DNA of 64,000 nt from Candidatus Eiseniibacteriota bacterium (GCA_041483195.1 JBGPFC010000004.1:96001-160000); one strand, 5' to 3'; positions 1-9,645 are shown, counted from the stretch's first letter. The notes: generated by a model from the letters alone, not told the origin. Numbers and translations are program-made.

Positions 1-17
1 GGCCGCGCACCCGGAAA

Positions 18-93
18 TGGTAGCGCTACGGGGATTCGAACCCCGGTCTGATGGCTGAGAACCACCTGTCCTGGACCCCTAGACGATAGCGCC
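18..93 (-). tRNA. tRNA-Glu (anticodon CTC)
   Basis: Reverse complement GGCGCTATCGTCTAGGGGTCCAGGACAGGTGGTT-CTC-AGCCATCAGACCGGGGTTCGAATCCCCGTAGCGCTACCA folds as a cloverleaf with a GTTCGAAT T-loop and encoded CCA. Confidence 0.95.
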
Positions 94-135
94 ACGAGGC
101 TGCGCGCCGGGTCGGGCGCGAAAGAAGCGGCGCGC

Positions 136-165
136 AGTCTAGTCTCGCCGCTGGAAATCGGTCAA
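136..165 (-). promoter_or_regulatory. Putative sigma70-type promoter of tRNA-Glu (TTGACC-18-TAGACT)
   Basis: Hexamers read directly on the minus strand, about 40 nt upstream of the tRNA. Confidence 0.55.
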
Positions 166-221
166 GCGTGCGGCATGCGGCGGGTGCGCGTCGCGCGGAG
201 GCGCGCCGCGCGAGGAAATAA

Positions 222-295
222 TGGCTGCCCGGCAAGGATTCGAACCTCGACTAACTGGTCCAGAGCCAGTCGTGCTACCGTTACACCACCGGGCA
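222..295 (-). tRNA. tRNA-Gln (anticodon CTG)
   Basis: Reverse complement TGCCCGGTGGTGTAACGGTAGCACGACTGGCT-CTG-GACCAGTTAGTCGAGGTTCGAATCCTTGCCGGGCAGCCA forms a cloverleaf with encoded CCA. Confidence 0.95.
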
Positions 296-311
296 ACACA
301 GGCGGGGCGAA

Positions 312-341
312 AATCTAGCAGAGCCCTCTCCGCCGAATCAA
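312..341 (-). promoter_or_regulatory. Putative promoter of tRNA-Gln (TTGATT-18-TAGATT, extended TG)
   Basis: Hexamers on the minus strand, 16 nt upstream of the tRNA. Confidence 0.5.
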
Positions 342-357
342 CCGCGGCGCCCGCCCC

Positions 358-1830
358 TCACACCCGCGCCCGGGGCGATTCCCCGCGCCAGCGCAGCGCC
401 ACCTGCCGGAGACGCTCGAGCGTGCGCTCGCGTCCCAGCAGCCACATGACGTCGAAGATCCCGGGGCTCACCCGGCGTCCGGTCAGCGCGGTCCGCGCGA
501 GGCCGATCAGTTCGCCGGCCTTCATCCCGTGCGCCTCCGCGAGGCCGCGCGTCTCGCGCTCGAGCGCCTCGATGGTGAACTCGGGGAGCGCCTCGATCCG
601 GCTCGCGAGCGCCTCGAGCCGGGGGCCGACGTCCTCGCGGTCACGCAGCTCGGCCCACGCATCGGGGTCCATCTCGAGCGTGTCGCTCACGACGAAGGCC
701 ACGTAGCGCTCCGCGTCCGCGAGCGTCTTCATCCGGTCGCCGATCGCGCGCACCAGCGCCGCGCGCCACTCGGGCGAGCGTCCCGTGAAGTCGGCGCCCC
801 GACCCGCGAGATATCCGACCACCTGCCGCACGCGCTCCGATTCGGGCAGCAGGCGGAGATGCTGGCCGTTCATCCACTCGAGCTTCTCGACGTTGAAGAC
901 CGCGGGGTTCGAGCCGACGCGCTCGAGCTCGAACTTCTGCTCGAGCTCCGCGAGCGAGAACAGCTCCTGCCGGCCGTCGTACGACCATCCGAGCAGCGCC
1001 AGGAAATTGACGATCGCCGAAGGCAGGAACCCCAGATCGCGATAGGCCTCGACCGAGGTCGCGCCATGGCGCTTCGAGAGCCTCGAACCATCGCTCCCCA
1101 GGATCGTTGGCACGTGGGCGAAACGTGGCTCGTCCCAGCCCAGCGCGCGGTAGAGCAGGAGCTGGCGCGGCGTGTTCGAGATGTGGTCGTCGCCACGGAT
1201 GACGTGTGAGATCTCCATCTCGTGATCGTCCACCACGCACGCGAAGTTGTATGTGGGCAGCCCGTCCGAGCGCATGGCGACGAAATCGTCGAGCACCTCG
1301 TTCTGGAAGGCGACCCGCCCGCGCACCACGTCGTCCCATGCGGTCTCGCCGGGGCCCGGCAGGGCGAACCGGATCGCCGCGCCACGCCCCTCTGCTTCGA
1401 ACCGCGCGCGCGTCCCGGCATCGAGCCCGCGGCAGCGGCCGTCGTAGCGCGGCGCCTCTCCGCGGGCAGCCTGGGCCGCGCGCCGTATCTCGAGCTCGGA
1501 GGCGGTGCAGTAGCAGGGATACGCCTTGCCAGCCGCGCGGAGCGCGGCCGCATGCAGGCGGTAACGATCGCGCCGCGCGGATTGCACGTAGGGTCCGCGC
1601 TCCCCCCCCACCTCCGGCCCCTCGTCCCACGCGAGTCCCAGCCACCGCAGGCTGTCGAGGATCGCGCGCAACGAGGCGTCGGTGGAGCGCCCGGCGTCGG
1701 TGTCCTCGATGCGCAGCACGAACGTTCCCCCGTGACGGCGGGCGAAGAGATAGTTGTAGAGGGCGGTGCGCGCCCCGCCGACGTGGAGAAACCCGGTCGG
1801 GCTGGGAGCGAAGCGGACGCGGACGCTCAT
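358..1830 (-). CDS. gltX: Glutamate--tRNA ligase
   Basis: RVRFAPSPTGFLHVGG (HIGH motif), LRIEDTD, CYC...YDGRC zinc site, HVIRGDDH and RLSKR (KMSKS-like). Confidence 0.97.
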   Translation of the reverse strand: MSVRVRFAPSPTGFLHVGGARTALYNYLFARRHGGTFVLRIEDTDAGRSTDASLRAILDSLRWLGLAWDEGPEVGGERGPYVQSARRDRYRLHAAALRAAGKAYPCYCTASELEIRRAAQAARGEAPRYDGRCRGLDAGTRARFEAEGRGAAIRFALPGPGETAWDDVVRGRVAFQNEVLDDFVAMRSDGLPTYNFACVVDDHEMEISHVIRGDDHISNTPRQLLLYRALGWDEPRFAHVPTILGSDGSRLSKRHGATSVEAYRDLGFLPSAIVNFLALLGWSYDGRQELFSLAELEQKFELERVGSNPAVFNVEKLEWMNGQHLRLLPESERVRQVVGYLAGRGADFTGRSPEWRAALVRAIGDRMKTLADAERYVAFVVSDTLEMDPDAWAELRDREDVGPRLEALASRIEALPEFTIEALERETRGLAEAHGMKAGELIGLARTALTGRRVSPGIFDVMWLLGRERTLERLRQVALRWRGESPRARV

Positions 1831-1872
1831 CGGGTGCTTGCTCCTCGAGATCGGTGATGGGTCGAGTGCGGC

Positions 1873-1901
1873 ACACTACGAACCGCGGTCGGCACGGTCA
1901 A
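1873..1901 (-). promoter_or_regulatory. Putative gltX promoter (TTGACC-17-TAGTGT)
   Basis: Hexamers on the minus strand upstream of a GAGGAG Shine-Dalgarno sequence. Confidence 0.5.
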
Positions 1902-2001
1902 GCCCCGGGGACTCCCGCGCGCCGGGGACCCTGAATCGCCCGTGAACGCCGGGCGGGCGAGCCCGCGCCGCCGGGCCCGCCCGCCGCGCCAGCGTCGCGG
2001 C

Positions 2002-5000
2002 CTAGTGAACGACCGCGACCTTGCGTGAGTGAATCACGGAGCCCAGCGTGTAGCGCACGAAGTAGACTCCGTTGCCGACCGGCGCATCCTGCCCGTCGCG
2101 CAGGTTCCACTCCACCGCGAACCGGCCCGCACGCGCCGTGCCCCGCTCCAGCGTGCGCAGCTTGCGCCCGGAGAGATCGAACACCGCGATCTCGAATGGC
2201 GAGCCGGCCGCGGCGGCGGGCACCGCGTACCACAGCACGCTGCGCGCGCGCGCCGGATTGGGGGAAGGCGGCGCGAAATCGGGCGTGAGCGCGGGAGCCT
2301 GCTCGGGACTCCCATCCTCGACCCCCACGATCGTGAATGCGGGATTGGTGCTGAGCCCGCTGCGCGCGGCGTCGTGGTGGAACTGCGGCCAGGGCGGAAC
2401 CTTGCCAGGCGAGAACGGGAAGTCGTAGTCCCACACGTAAAGACTGCGGTCCCAGCCGGAGAGCACGATCTCGCTCATCCCGTCCCCGTCGCAGTCGCAC
2501 AATCCCGCCGCGCCGCGGATCTCGGCGTTCAGCACGATCGGGAACCCGGGCAGCATGGTCCCGTTGCCGCTCAGAGCGGACAGCCTCTGATCCTCGTCGC
2601 CCATCACGACGTCGGGCTTCCCGTCGCCGTCGATATCCGCGACCACCGGGCTGCTCTCGGACGCCGAGTTGGTCAGGCTGCTGTATCGGATGTTCAGCCA
2701 CGGGAAGACGAGCCCCCCGTTCCGGTCGTACACGTAGATGCCGCCGCCGGTGCTCGCGATGACGATGTCGACGAATCCATCGTTGTTCATGTCGGCGAGC
2801 GCGGGCGAAGGCGTCTTGCTCGTGCCGCTGGCCTTGATCCACGTGGGGAAGCCGGGCCGGCGGGTTCCGTCCGCACGGATCACGTAGAGCGAGTCCAGGC
2901 TCGAGACGACGACGATGTCGAGCTGCGTATCACCGGGACCGTCGAGATAGCCCACCGCGGCCGAGGCGGTGATGCTCCCTCCCAGGTCCAGCGGGAAGCC
3001 GGGCAGATCGGTCCCGTTCCAGCGCCACGCGTAGAGCTTCCCATCGAAGGACCCATAGATGATGTCCAGCTTGCCGTCGCCATCGAGGTCGGCCAGCGAG
3101 GGGGTGCCATAGTTGAATATGTTTCCGAGCACCTTGAACACCCCGACGGTGGCGGGATTGTCGTCCCCGTCGAGCAGCTCCGTTCCATCGGAATGGAAAG
3201 CGTACAGATTGAGGCCGTTGGATCCGAACACGATCTCCTTGTTGCCGTCGCCGTCGACATCGCCCAGCGCGGCCGATGACCAGACGGAATTGGCGAGCGC
3301 ACGCGGCCAGCCGGGCTTGACGTTGCCGAGCCGGTCGAACACGAACACGAACATCGAATCGCCGGTCAGCCCGGGATTGGGCTGAGTGCCCCACGACAGG
3401 CCAACGACCTCGGGCGATCCGCCGTCGAGATCGGCGATCGACGGCCCGGCCGCGTAGTACGTCCCGCGTCGCGTGAAGTCTCCGCTCGTGCTTCCGGCCC
3501 CGTCCGCGTCCACCGGTGCTGTGCCGTCCGGGTGCCACGCGTAGAGCACGTCGGACCCCGCGACGATGTCGAACAGGTAGGCGGGCGAGAGGTGGTCGAT
3601 CGCGACCGAAGACGGGGTCTCGCGCCCCATCGGGATCGGGAAGATCGCGTGGAGCGGAGGATTGGTGCTCGCCGAGGCCGAGCTCGACTGGCTCGACTCG
3701 TTGCCGGAGGTATCGACCGCCGACACCTTGTAGTAGTAGCGCGTGAGCGGCGTCAGCCCTTCGTCGGTGTAGGTCGCGATGCGGTCGGTCGGCACGAGGT
3801 TGACGCGGGTGTAGGGCCCCGAGGACGCGAGGCTCCGGTAGACGATGTAGCCGAGCAGGTCCGGGGCCGCGTTCCTCGTCCATGTCACCTGGACGCTGGT
3901 CGCCCGGCCGATGCCCAGCACGCCGGAGGGCGCCGCGGGGACAGCCAGGTCGAGGGTCTGGGTGAGGAGCACGCCGCTCGCCTCGGAGACCTGGAGCTGC
4001 AGGGTGGCGTTCGCGCTGGACGGAACGAACACCAGCGCGTCCGCCTGCTTCTCCTCTCCCGGTGCGATATCGCCCCAGGTCGCGGTGCTGTCGTAGACCG
4101 TCGCGAGCCCGTCGAGGTTGCGGAGCTTGCCGGTCACTCCCTGTGCGATGCCGGTTCCGAGATTCCGCAGCTTGATGTAGTAGCTCACGGTTTCACCCGG
4201 ATCGGCGCGGCCGTCGCTGTTGCCGCCCTGATCGAGGACCGCGTGAAAGAAGTGATGCAGTTCCGGCGCGCGCACCACGAGCTGGAACTGCGCCCGGTAC
4301 CTGCGGGCCGCATCGTCCGTCAGCGAGAGATCAAACGGTACTTCACGCTGATCGGGGACGGTGTAGGGGACGACGATGCGGAAATGGGGCGAGGGGTTCG
4401 AGGTTGTATGCGCCGCGAGGCTGCCGTAAGCGCCGGTCGGAACCGAGATGGTCACGTTCGGGTCGGTGGTCGTGAGCGTCCCGACGATGCCGGTCGCGGA
4501 GCTGCCGCCGTTGTTGCGGAGCGGAATCGTCAGGTCGACGGTCTCGCCCGCCTCCACGACGCCGTTGCCGTTGCCGATCGTCCCTCCGATCGCGTCGTCG
4601 TCGATCGCTGGGGAATCCGCGCTCATCACCGGGAGGCTGCTGCTGGCGATCGGCACGCTGGCCTGATACGGCACGCAATCGAATCCGGTGACGGTGAGCA
4701 CGAAACTGCCGACGCTGTCCGGCCGGAATGGAACGAGCGCGTTTCCCGCCCCGTCGGTGGTGGCGATGCCGTAATCCACGTCCGCGCGGTAGGCGATCAC
4801 TCGTGCGCCGTAGAGCGGAGTGCCTCCGGTCTCGACGTGCACGGCGAACGTCGACTCGTCGGCGGCCATGCTCGCATTGCGCGTCACGGCGAGCGTGCGC
4901 GGCGTTCCGGTGAAGATGTGGAGCTCCGGGTCACCCAGCAGCAGCAGGGTCATCTCGGTCCAGCGATTGACGCCGTCGTACGTCGAGAACCCGATGAACG

Positions 5001-6726
5001 GCAGCTTGGCGCGCGCCTGCGCCTCGCCGACCGCCGTGACGCTGTCCTGGTAGACGAGCCGGAAGTATTCGTCCTCGTACGCACGCCCGGCGGTCGGATA
5101 GTCGAAGTTGGTCGAGCCGATATTGGTGACCGCGCCCCCGGTCGGGTTCAGGATGAAGGCCTCGCCGATCGACGGGAAATCGATCGCGTTCGAAGTGCAG
5201 TCGATCGCGTAGAGGTTGATCAGGCGACTGCCGTTGGAGAGCGTCGAGGCATCGGAGTTCTCGAGGTTCCCGTCGCCGACCGACATGACGTTGCGATAGC
5301 CGTGGCCGACGTGAACGGCGATGTTGTATCCGCGCCGGAGTGAATCCAGCACCGCCTGGCGCGTCTCGGGAAGGGCCCCGGGCGTGCGGGTGGTGTCGCT
5401 CCAATCCTCGTAGAGTCTCGCGAGGTGGATGCCCGGATTCGTCTGGATGTAGGGCATCGCTTCCTCGACCAGCTCGGCGCCGTCGAAATACTTCGGGGAG
5501 CCGGGAATCCACGGTTGCGGGAACAGCACCTCCGCGAAGAAGAGCAGATTGGTCATGTAGTCGGTGACCGGCGTCTTCTCGTAGAACAGCGTCTTGTCGA
5601 CGAAGAGCTTGGCCTGCGCCGTGGTGACACACGGCGCCCGCCCGACGTACACCTCGGGCAGGAGATCCGCGTCGTCGCCCGGATCCTCGTCGTTGAAGAA
5701 CCCCTCGCCGTAGGTGCTGTCGCCGTCGGCGTCCCAGTTGCCGTCGAGACACGAGAAGTAGAGGTCGCTCGCGATGTAGTTGCCGCTGAAGAAGACCGTG
5801 TACGGGAACCGCGTGGGGAGCACGTCGGTGTCTCCGCCCAGCAGCACCCACTTCGTGCCCCAGCGGGCGTATGCGTCGCGGATGAACGAGCGCATCCGCT
5901 CCGCGTCGTCGGCCCCACCCGGATACTGCTGCTGGATGAACGAGAGCGTTCGCACCACCGCCGGTACGCCGCTCTGCGTCTTCCAGTCCGCGAGCCGCTG
6001 AAACTCGGGGGCCATGGCCTCGTCGGTGATGATCAGGTACTCGACCGGGCTTCCCATCACGGAGGGCAATTGGGTCGGGCTGAAGCGCTCCGGGCGACGC
6101 GGCCGCGGGCCGCTGGCGCCGGGCTGGCCGTCGCCCGCCGGTCCTTCCCAAGCTTCGACCACCCGGTCGCGGGTGAGCGGGCGCGCGGCCGACGGCCCGA
6201 GCGTGAGCCGCACCCGGAGGCGCGTGATCGCCTCGAGGCGCCCGCCTTCGGGATCCCAGCGCACCGGGCTCACGTTGACCCACGCGACGCCCGCGCCCCG
6301 CTCGAAGCCTTGCCCGCCGAGCTCCGCGGGGACCGCGGGGAGGAACCCGCGGGTGGAAAACGTCGCGGGATCCGGCGAGCTCCGCGTGACCGGTCCCAAT
6401 CCGGGTTGCGGGATCACCGCGCTCGCGAGCCGCACGCCGCCGGCGAGCGGCGCGGATTCGATACCGATCACCTCGACGCGGATGAGCCGCTGCCCCGCGG
6501 GTAGCTCGATCCGGCGGCCGACCCAGGGCAGGTCCGGCTGCCCCGCACGAAATTCGCGCGTCGCCCCTGGGAACGCGATGTCGGTGATCCCGTCGTGCGT
6601 CGCGATGCGCACGCTGGCTGGATCGAACGACAGCTCGCGCTCGAGGGTGGTGGCCGCGCCCGCCGCGCCGCCGGCAACGAGGGCGATGGCCGTGACCGCG
6701 AGCGTCGTGAGGATGCGAGGTGTCAT
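2002..6726 (-). CDS. Secreted C25 (gingipain-family) cysteine peptidase with propeptide, Ig/FN3 domains, FG-GAP/VCBS repeats and a C-terminal FlgD-Ig-like domain
   Basis: Signal peptide MTPRILTTLAVTAIALVAGG; EYLIIT and WVLLGGD..LP, SDLYF..LDG and PEVYVGR motifs; catalytic VGHG and IDCTS; LLGDP; repeated DxDGDG motifs; PNP...IAVFDLSGRKLRTL...WNLRD...GVYFVR tail. Start moved to the ATG at 6726 (ORF track starts at 6816). Confidence 0.88.
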   Translation of the reverse strand: MTPRILTTLAVTAIALVAGGAAGAATTLERELSFDPASVRIATHDGITDIAFPGATREFRAGQPDLPWVGRRIELPAGQRLIRVEVIGIESAPLAGGVRLASAVIPQPGLGPVTRSSPDPATFSTRGFLPAVPAELGGQGFERGAGVAWVNVSPVRWDPEGGRLEAITRLRVRLTLGPSAARPLTRDRVVEAWEGPAGDGQPGASGPRPRRPERFSPTQLPSVMGSPVEYLIITDEAMAPEFQRLADWKTQSGVPAVVRTLSFIQQQYPGGADDAERMRSFIRDAYARWGTKWVLLGGDTDVLPTRFPYTVFFSGNYIASDLYFSCLDGNWDADGDSTYGEGFFNDEDPGDDADLLPEVYVGRAPCVTTAQAKLFVDKTLFYEKTPVTDYMTNLLFFAEVLFPQPWIPGSPKYFDGAELVEEAMPYIQTNPGIHLARLYEDWSDTTRTPGALPETRQAVLDSLRRGYNIAVHVGHGYRNVMSVGDGNLENSDASTLSNGSRLINLYAIDCTSNAIDFPSIGEAFILNPTGGAVTNIGSTNFDYPTAGRAYEDEYFRLVYQDSVTAVGEAQARAKLPFIGFSTYDGVNRWTEMTLLLLGDPELHIFTGTPRTLAVTRNASMAADESTFAVHVETGGTPLYGARVIAYRADVDYGIATTDGAGNALVPFRPDSVGSFVLTVTGFDCVPYQASVPIASSSLPVMSADSPAIDDDAIGGTIGNGNGVVEAGETVDLTIPLRNNGGSSATGIVGTLTTTDPNVTISVPTGAYGSLAAHTTSNPSPHFRIVVPYTVPDQREVPFDLSLTDDAARRYRAQFQLVVRAPELHHFFHAVLDQGGNSDGRADPGETVSYYIKLRNLGTGIAQGVTGKLRNLDGLATVYDSTATWGDIAPGEEKQADALVFVPSSANATLQLQVSEASGVLLTQTLDLAVPAAPSGVLGIGRATSVQVTWTRNAAPDLLGYIVYRSLASSGPYTRVNLVPTDRIATYTDEGLTPLTRYYYKVSAVDTSGNESSQSSSASASTNPPLHAIFPIPMGRETPSSVAIDHLSPAYLFDIVAGSDVLYAWHPDGTAPVDADGAGSTSGDFTRRGTYYAAGPSIADLDGGSPEVVGLSWGTQPNPGLTGDSMFVFVFDRLGNVKPGWPRALANSVWSSAALGDVDGDGNKEIVFGSNGLNLYAFHSDGTELLDGDDNPATVGVFKVLGNIFNYGTPSLADLDGDGKLDIIYGSFDGKLYAWRWNGTDLPGFPLDLGGSITASAAVGYLDGPGDTQLDIVVVSSLDSLYVIRADGTRRPGFPTWIKASGTSKTPSPALADMNNDGFVDIVIASTGGGIYVYDRNGGLVFPWLNIRYSSLTNSASESSPVVADIDGDGKPDVVMGDEDQRLSALSGNGTMLPGFPIVLNAEIRGAAGLCDCDGDGMSEIVLSGWDRSLYVWDYDFPFSPGKVPPWPQFHHDAARSGLSTNPAFTIVGVEDGSPEQAPALTPDFAPPSPNPARARSVLWYAVPAAAAGSPFEIAVFDLSGRKLRTLERGTARAGRFAVEWNLRDGQDAPVGNGVYFVRYTLGSVIHSRKVAVVH

Positions 6727-6867
6727 CGAGCGATCTCCAGGGTCCTGTGCCGAAGGTGCACGTCGGGTGATGGTCGGCGCGGTGCCCCGTCGGGGGGAAA
6801 TCGGAACGGGCCTCACCGCATACGCCGACCTGAGGACATCTCCAAGCTGGCCTGTTGAGATCCTCTA

Positions 6868-6896
6868 AAGATAGAGAGCGGGCGAAGCGCGGTCAA
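6868..6896 (-). promoter_or_regulatory. Putative promoter of the C25 peptidase gene (TTGACC-17-TATCTT)
   Basis: Hexamers in the AT-richer intergenic region. Confidence 0.5.
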
Positions 6897-6900
6897 CGGA

Positions 6901-8448
6901 TTAACGGCCACTGCCCTCGAGGGTGACCCGGGCCGTGGCTTCTGGCCCGAAATGCGGGTGAAAATGCACGCCCGACAGCTCGCGGCGTTCCACCCAGGTC
7001 CAGGCCAGGTCGGCCACCGGGAGGGCGATGATCTCCTGTTCGAGCCGCGCCTGCGCCGCCGCCGGATCGAGGGCCGGGGGAGCCCGCCTCGGCCTGAGCC
7101 ACGTGTCGAACTCCCGGGTGCGCCAGCCGGTCCGGACCGCGCCCACCGCCGGGCCCCGCAGCGGCATGACCAGGTACGCCAGCTGCGCGGCGGCCGCGTC
7201 GAGCGGCGGCTGCCATTCCACCAGAGCCAGGTGTGCCTTCGAGCCTCGCAACAACTCGCTCTCGAGCGCCTGACCGCGCAACGGCATCAGGTCCACGTAG
7301 AGTCCGAGCCGCGACCACTCACCCTGCATCGCCCGCGCGATCGCGGCTCCCGCCCCGTCCGCGTCGTACGCCATGACCGCGTGAAAGGAGTGCGGCAGGT
7401 CGCCACGGTCGAGCCAGCCTTCGACCTCGCGCGCGTCGAGCCTCGGAAACTCGAAGGGCGGCGCGCCCGCGAGCCACGCCCCGCCTTCATGCGCCCCCGG
7501 GCCCAGCAGCTTCACCAGCTCCGAGCGATTGATGCCGTGCGCGAGTGCCGCGCGGGCGGCGGGCCTCGTGGTGGGAGGCAGATCCGCACGCATCACGAGC
7601 ATCAGCCGGCGCGGAGGCACGGCGGGCTCGATCGACAAGCGGTACGCCGCGGGCAGCGGCTCCCCGGCCAGACCCGGGGGCAGCGGCCACACGATGTCGG
7701 CGAAACCCGATCGGAGCAGGGAACGGGCGCGGGCGAGGCCTCCGCCGAACCGGATGACGAGGGTGTCGGCGCCCGGCGCACGCGTGGCGCGCGCGAGCAC
7801 GAGCCGACGGCCGGGCTCCTCGGCCCGCACGCGATACGGACCGAGCCCCACCGCCGCGCGCCAGCCGTCCGCCGGCGCGCGCGCGACCCACGGGCACGCG
7901 ATCCCGGGAAGCGCGAGCTTGCGCAGCAGCAGCGGATCGGGCCGCGCGAGGCGCAGCACCAGCGTGGAATCGTCCGGCGTCTCGATACCCAGCGCGGGGA
8001 GCGGGCGCCCGGCGCGGACCGCGTCCACGCCCTTCACCGCGCCCAGTGCCCACGCGGCCGTCGCGTGATCCGCGCGCTGCAGCCCGGCTTCGACCGCCGC
8101 GCGAAACGCCTGGCTGCGGCAGCGACCGCCGTCGGTGAAGCGCAGACCCGGGCGCAGATGAAACGTGATGGCGAGGCTGTCGAACGAATACGCCCAGCGG
8201 ATCGCGCCGGCCGGAATCAGCCGGCCCGAGGAGTCCTCGTCGACCAGCCCGCGCGTGAGCAGACGCTCGAGCGACCAGCGCATCGGATCAGGCGGCCCAT
8301 CGGGGTCGAAGCGCGGCGCGCTGTGCGCCATCCACCAGGTGAGCTTCGCGGCGGGCGCCGGGGGGCGCGCGCAATTCGCGGTGGCGAGGCCCGCCACGGC
8401 GAGCGCCGCACACCACAGCCGGGTTCGCCTCCCTGCGAGCGCACGCAT
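6901..8448 (-). CDS. ABC transporter substrate-binding protein, family 5 (peptide/nickel), probable lipoprotein
   Basis: ITFHLRPGLRFTDG, GLGPYRV and RAALAHGINR motifs; lipobox-like LATANC. The upstream part of the 869-aa ORF is the antisense shadow of the peptidase gene. Confidence 0.75.
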   Translation of the reverse strand: MRALAGRRTRLWCAALAVAGLATANCARPPAPAAKLTWWMAHSAPRFDPDGPPDPMRWSLERLLTRGLVDEDSSGRLIPAGAIRWAYSFDSLAITFHLRPGLRFTDGGRCRSQAFRAAVEAGLQRADHATAAWALGAVKGVDAVRAGRPLPALGIETPDDSTLVLRLARPDPLLLRKLALPGIACPWVARAPADGWRAAVGLGPYRVRAEEPGRRLVLARATRAPGADTLVIRFGGGLARARSLLRSGFADIVWPLPPGLAGEPLPAAYRLSIEPAVPPRRLMLVMRADLPPTTRPAARAALAHGINRSELVKLLGPGAHEGGAWLAGAPPFEFPRLDAREVEGWLDRGDLPHSFHAVMAYDADGAGAAIARAMQGEWSRLGLYVDLMPLRGQALESELLRGSKAHLALVEWQPPLDAAAAQLAYLVMPLRGPAVGAVRTGWRTREFDTWLRPRRAPPALDPAAAQARLEQEIIALPVADLAWTWVERRELSGVHFHPHFGPEATARVTLEGSGR

Positions 8449-8538
8449 GGGGCCGACTGTAGAGAGCCCTCGCGTCCGCGGCAAGGTCGCGGGTCCGGGC
8501 GTTGACCGTGTTTTCGCACGCGTGCTAGCGTGCGATGC

Positions 8539-9645
8539 ATGGCGGCCGGACCGATGACGAGCATCTCGACCAGGCTCGATCGCGTGCGCGAGGCGCTCGC
8601 GCGCGATGGCGCGGACTGGCTGCTGATTCCCGCGTCCGCCGATTTCCGCTGGCTCACCGGCGCGGTGTCGCGAAACACCGAACGGCTGATCGCGTTCGGT
8701 CTGCCCGCCTCCGGAGAGGCCTTCTGCGTCGTGCCGCGCCTCGAGGCGGAAGCACTCGCCCGCGCCAGCCCGTGGCTCGCGCTCGAGGTGTGGGAGGATC
8801 ACGAGGACGCCTTCGCGCGGCTCGCGGAGCGGATCGCGCTCGAGCGCAAGCCGCGCCTCCTGATCGGCGAAGGCATGCGGGTCGCCCCGTTGCTGAGGCT
8901 GGCCGCACACGCGGACTGCCGCCCCGCACAGCTGCTGCTCGCGCCGCTTCGCGCCAGCAAGGACGCCGGGGAGATCGCGGCGCTGTCCGAGGCCGCCGGC
9001 CATGCCGATCGCGTGGTCGAGGCCACCGCCGACTTCATGCGCGCGGGAATGAGGGAGCGCGAGGTCGCGCGCTTCGCGCTCGAGCGCTTCGAGTCGCTCG
9101 GCGATTCCGAGGGCTGGGCGATCGTGGCCTCCGGCCCGAACGGCGCGCTTCCCCATCACTTCACGTCGGAACGCAGGCTGCAGGAGGGCGACGTGGTGGT
9201 GCTCGACCTCGGCGCGTACACGCGGGGCTACGGGTCGGACATCACCCGCACCTACTGGCTCGGCTCGCCCCCCGACGACGCGCGGCGGGTCTACGACGTC
9301 GTGAACGCCGCGCGCGCGGCCGGGATCGCGGCGTCGCGCACCGGCGCCGCGCCCGGGCAGGTGGATCGCGCGGCGCGCGGCGTGATCGAGGCCGCCGGCC
9401 TCGGCGAGCGGTTCGTCCACCGCACCGGACACGGCGTCGGTCTCGAGGTGCACGAGCCCCCGTGGATCGTGGCGGGCAACGATGCCCCGCTCGCGCGCGG
9501 CATGGTGCACAGCGTGGAGCCCGGCATCTATCTGCCCGGGCGATTCGGGACGCGGCTCGAGGACCTAGTGGTGGTGGAAGACGGCGGCGCGGTTCGGTTG
9601 AACCAGGCGCCGTTCGACCCACGCCCGCCCCGGCTGCGGTCGTGA
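8539..9645 (+). CDS. M24 family Xaa-Pro peptidase
   Basis: Creatinase-like N-domain; ASGPNGALPHH, DLGA..GYGSDITRT, HRTGHGVGLEVHE, SVEPGIY and RLED metal ligands. Start at ATG 8539 or 8554. Confidence 0.92.
   Translation: MAAGPMTSISTRLDRVREALARDGADWLLIPASADFRWLTGAVSRNTERLIAFGLPASGEAFCVVPRLEAEALARASPWLALEVWEDHEDAFARLAERIALERKPRLLIGEGMRVAPLLRLAAHADCRPAQLLLAPLRASKDAGEIAALSEAAGHADRVVEATADFMRAGMREREVARFALERFESLGDSEGWAIVASGPNGALPHHFTSERRLQEGDVVVLDLGAYTRGYGSDITRTYWLGSPPDDARRVYDVVNAARAAGIAASRTGAAPGQVDRAARGVIEAAGLGERFVHRTGHGVGLEVHEPPWIVAGNDAPLARGMVHSVEPGIYLPGRFGTRLEDLVVVEDGGAVRLNQAPFDPRPPRLRS

Noticed and set aside
26..706. Short ORFs 26-235 and 221-706
   Set aside because: They overlap the tRNA genes and the antisense strand of gltX and show no protein-like features.
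8535..9641. Apparent N-terminal extensions of the helicase (from 8535), ATP-grasp (from 56500), sucB (from 32963), suhB (from 12053), actF (from 63033) and the HExxH protein (from 58249)
   Set aside because: Each extension overlaps a neighbouring real gene in another frame or strand. The true starts are at stop/start overlaps or later ATGs, so these are not fusion proteins.
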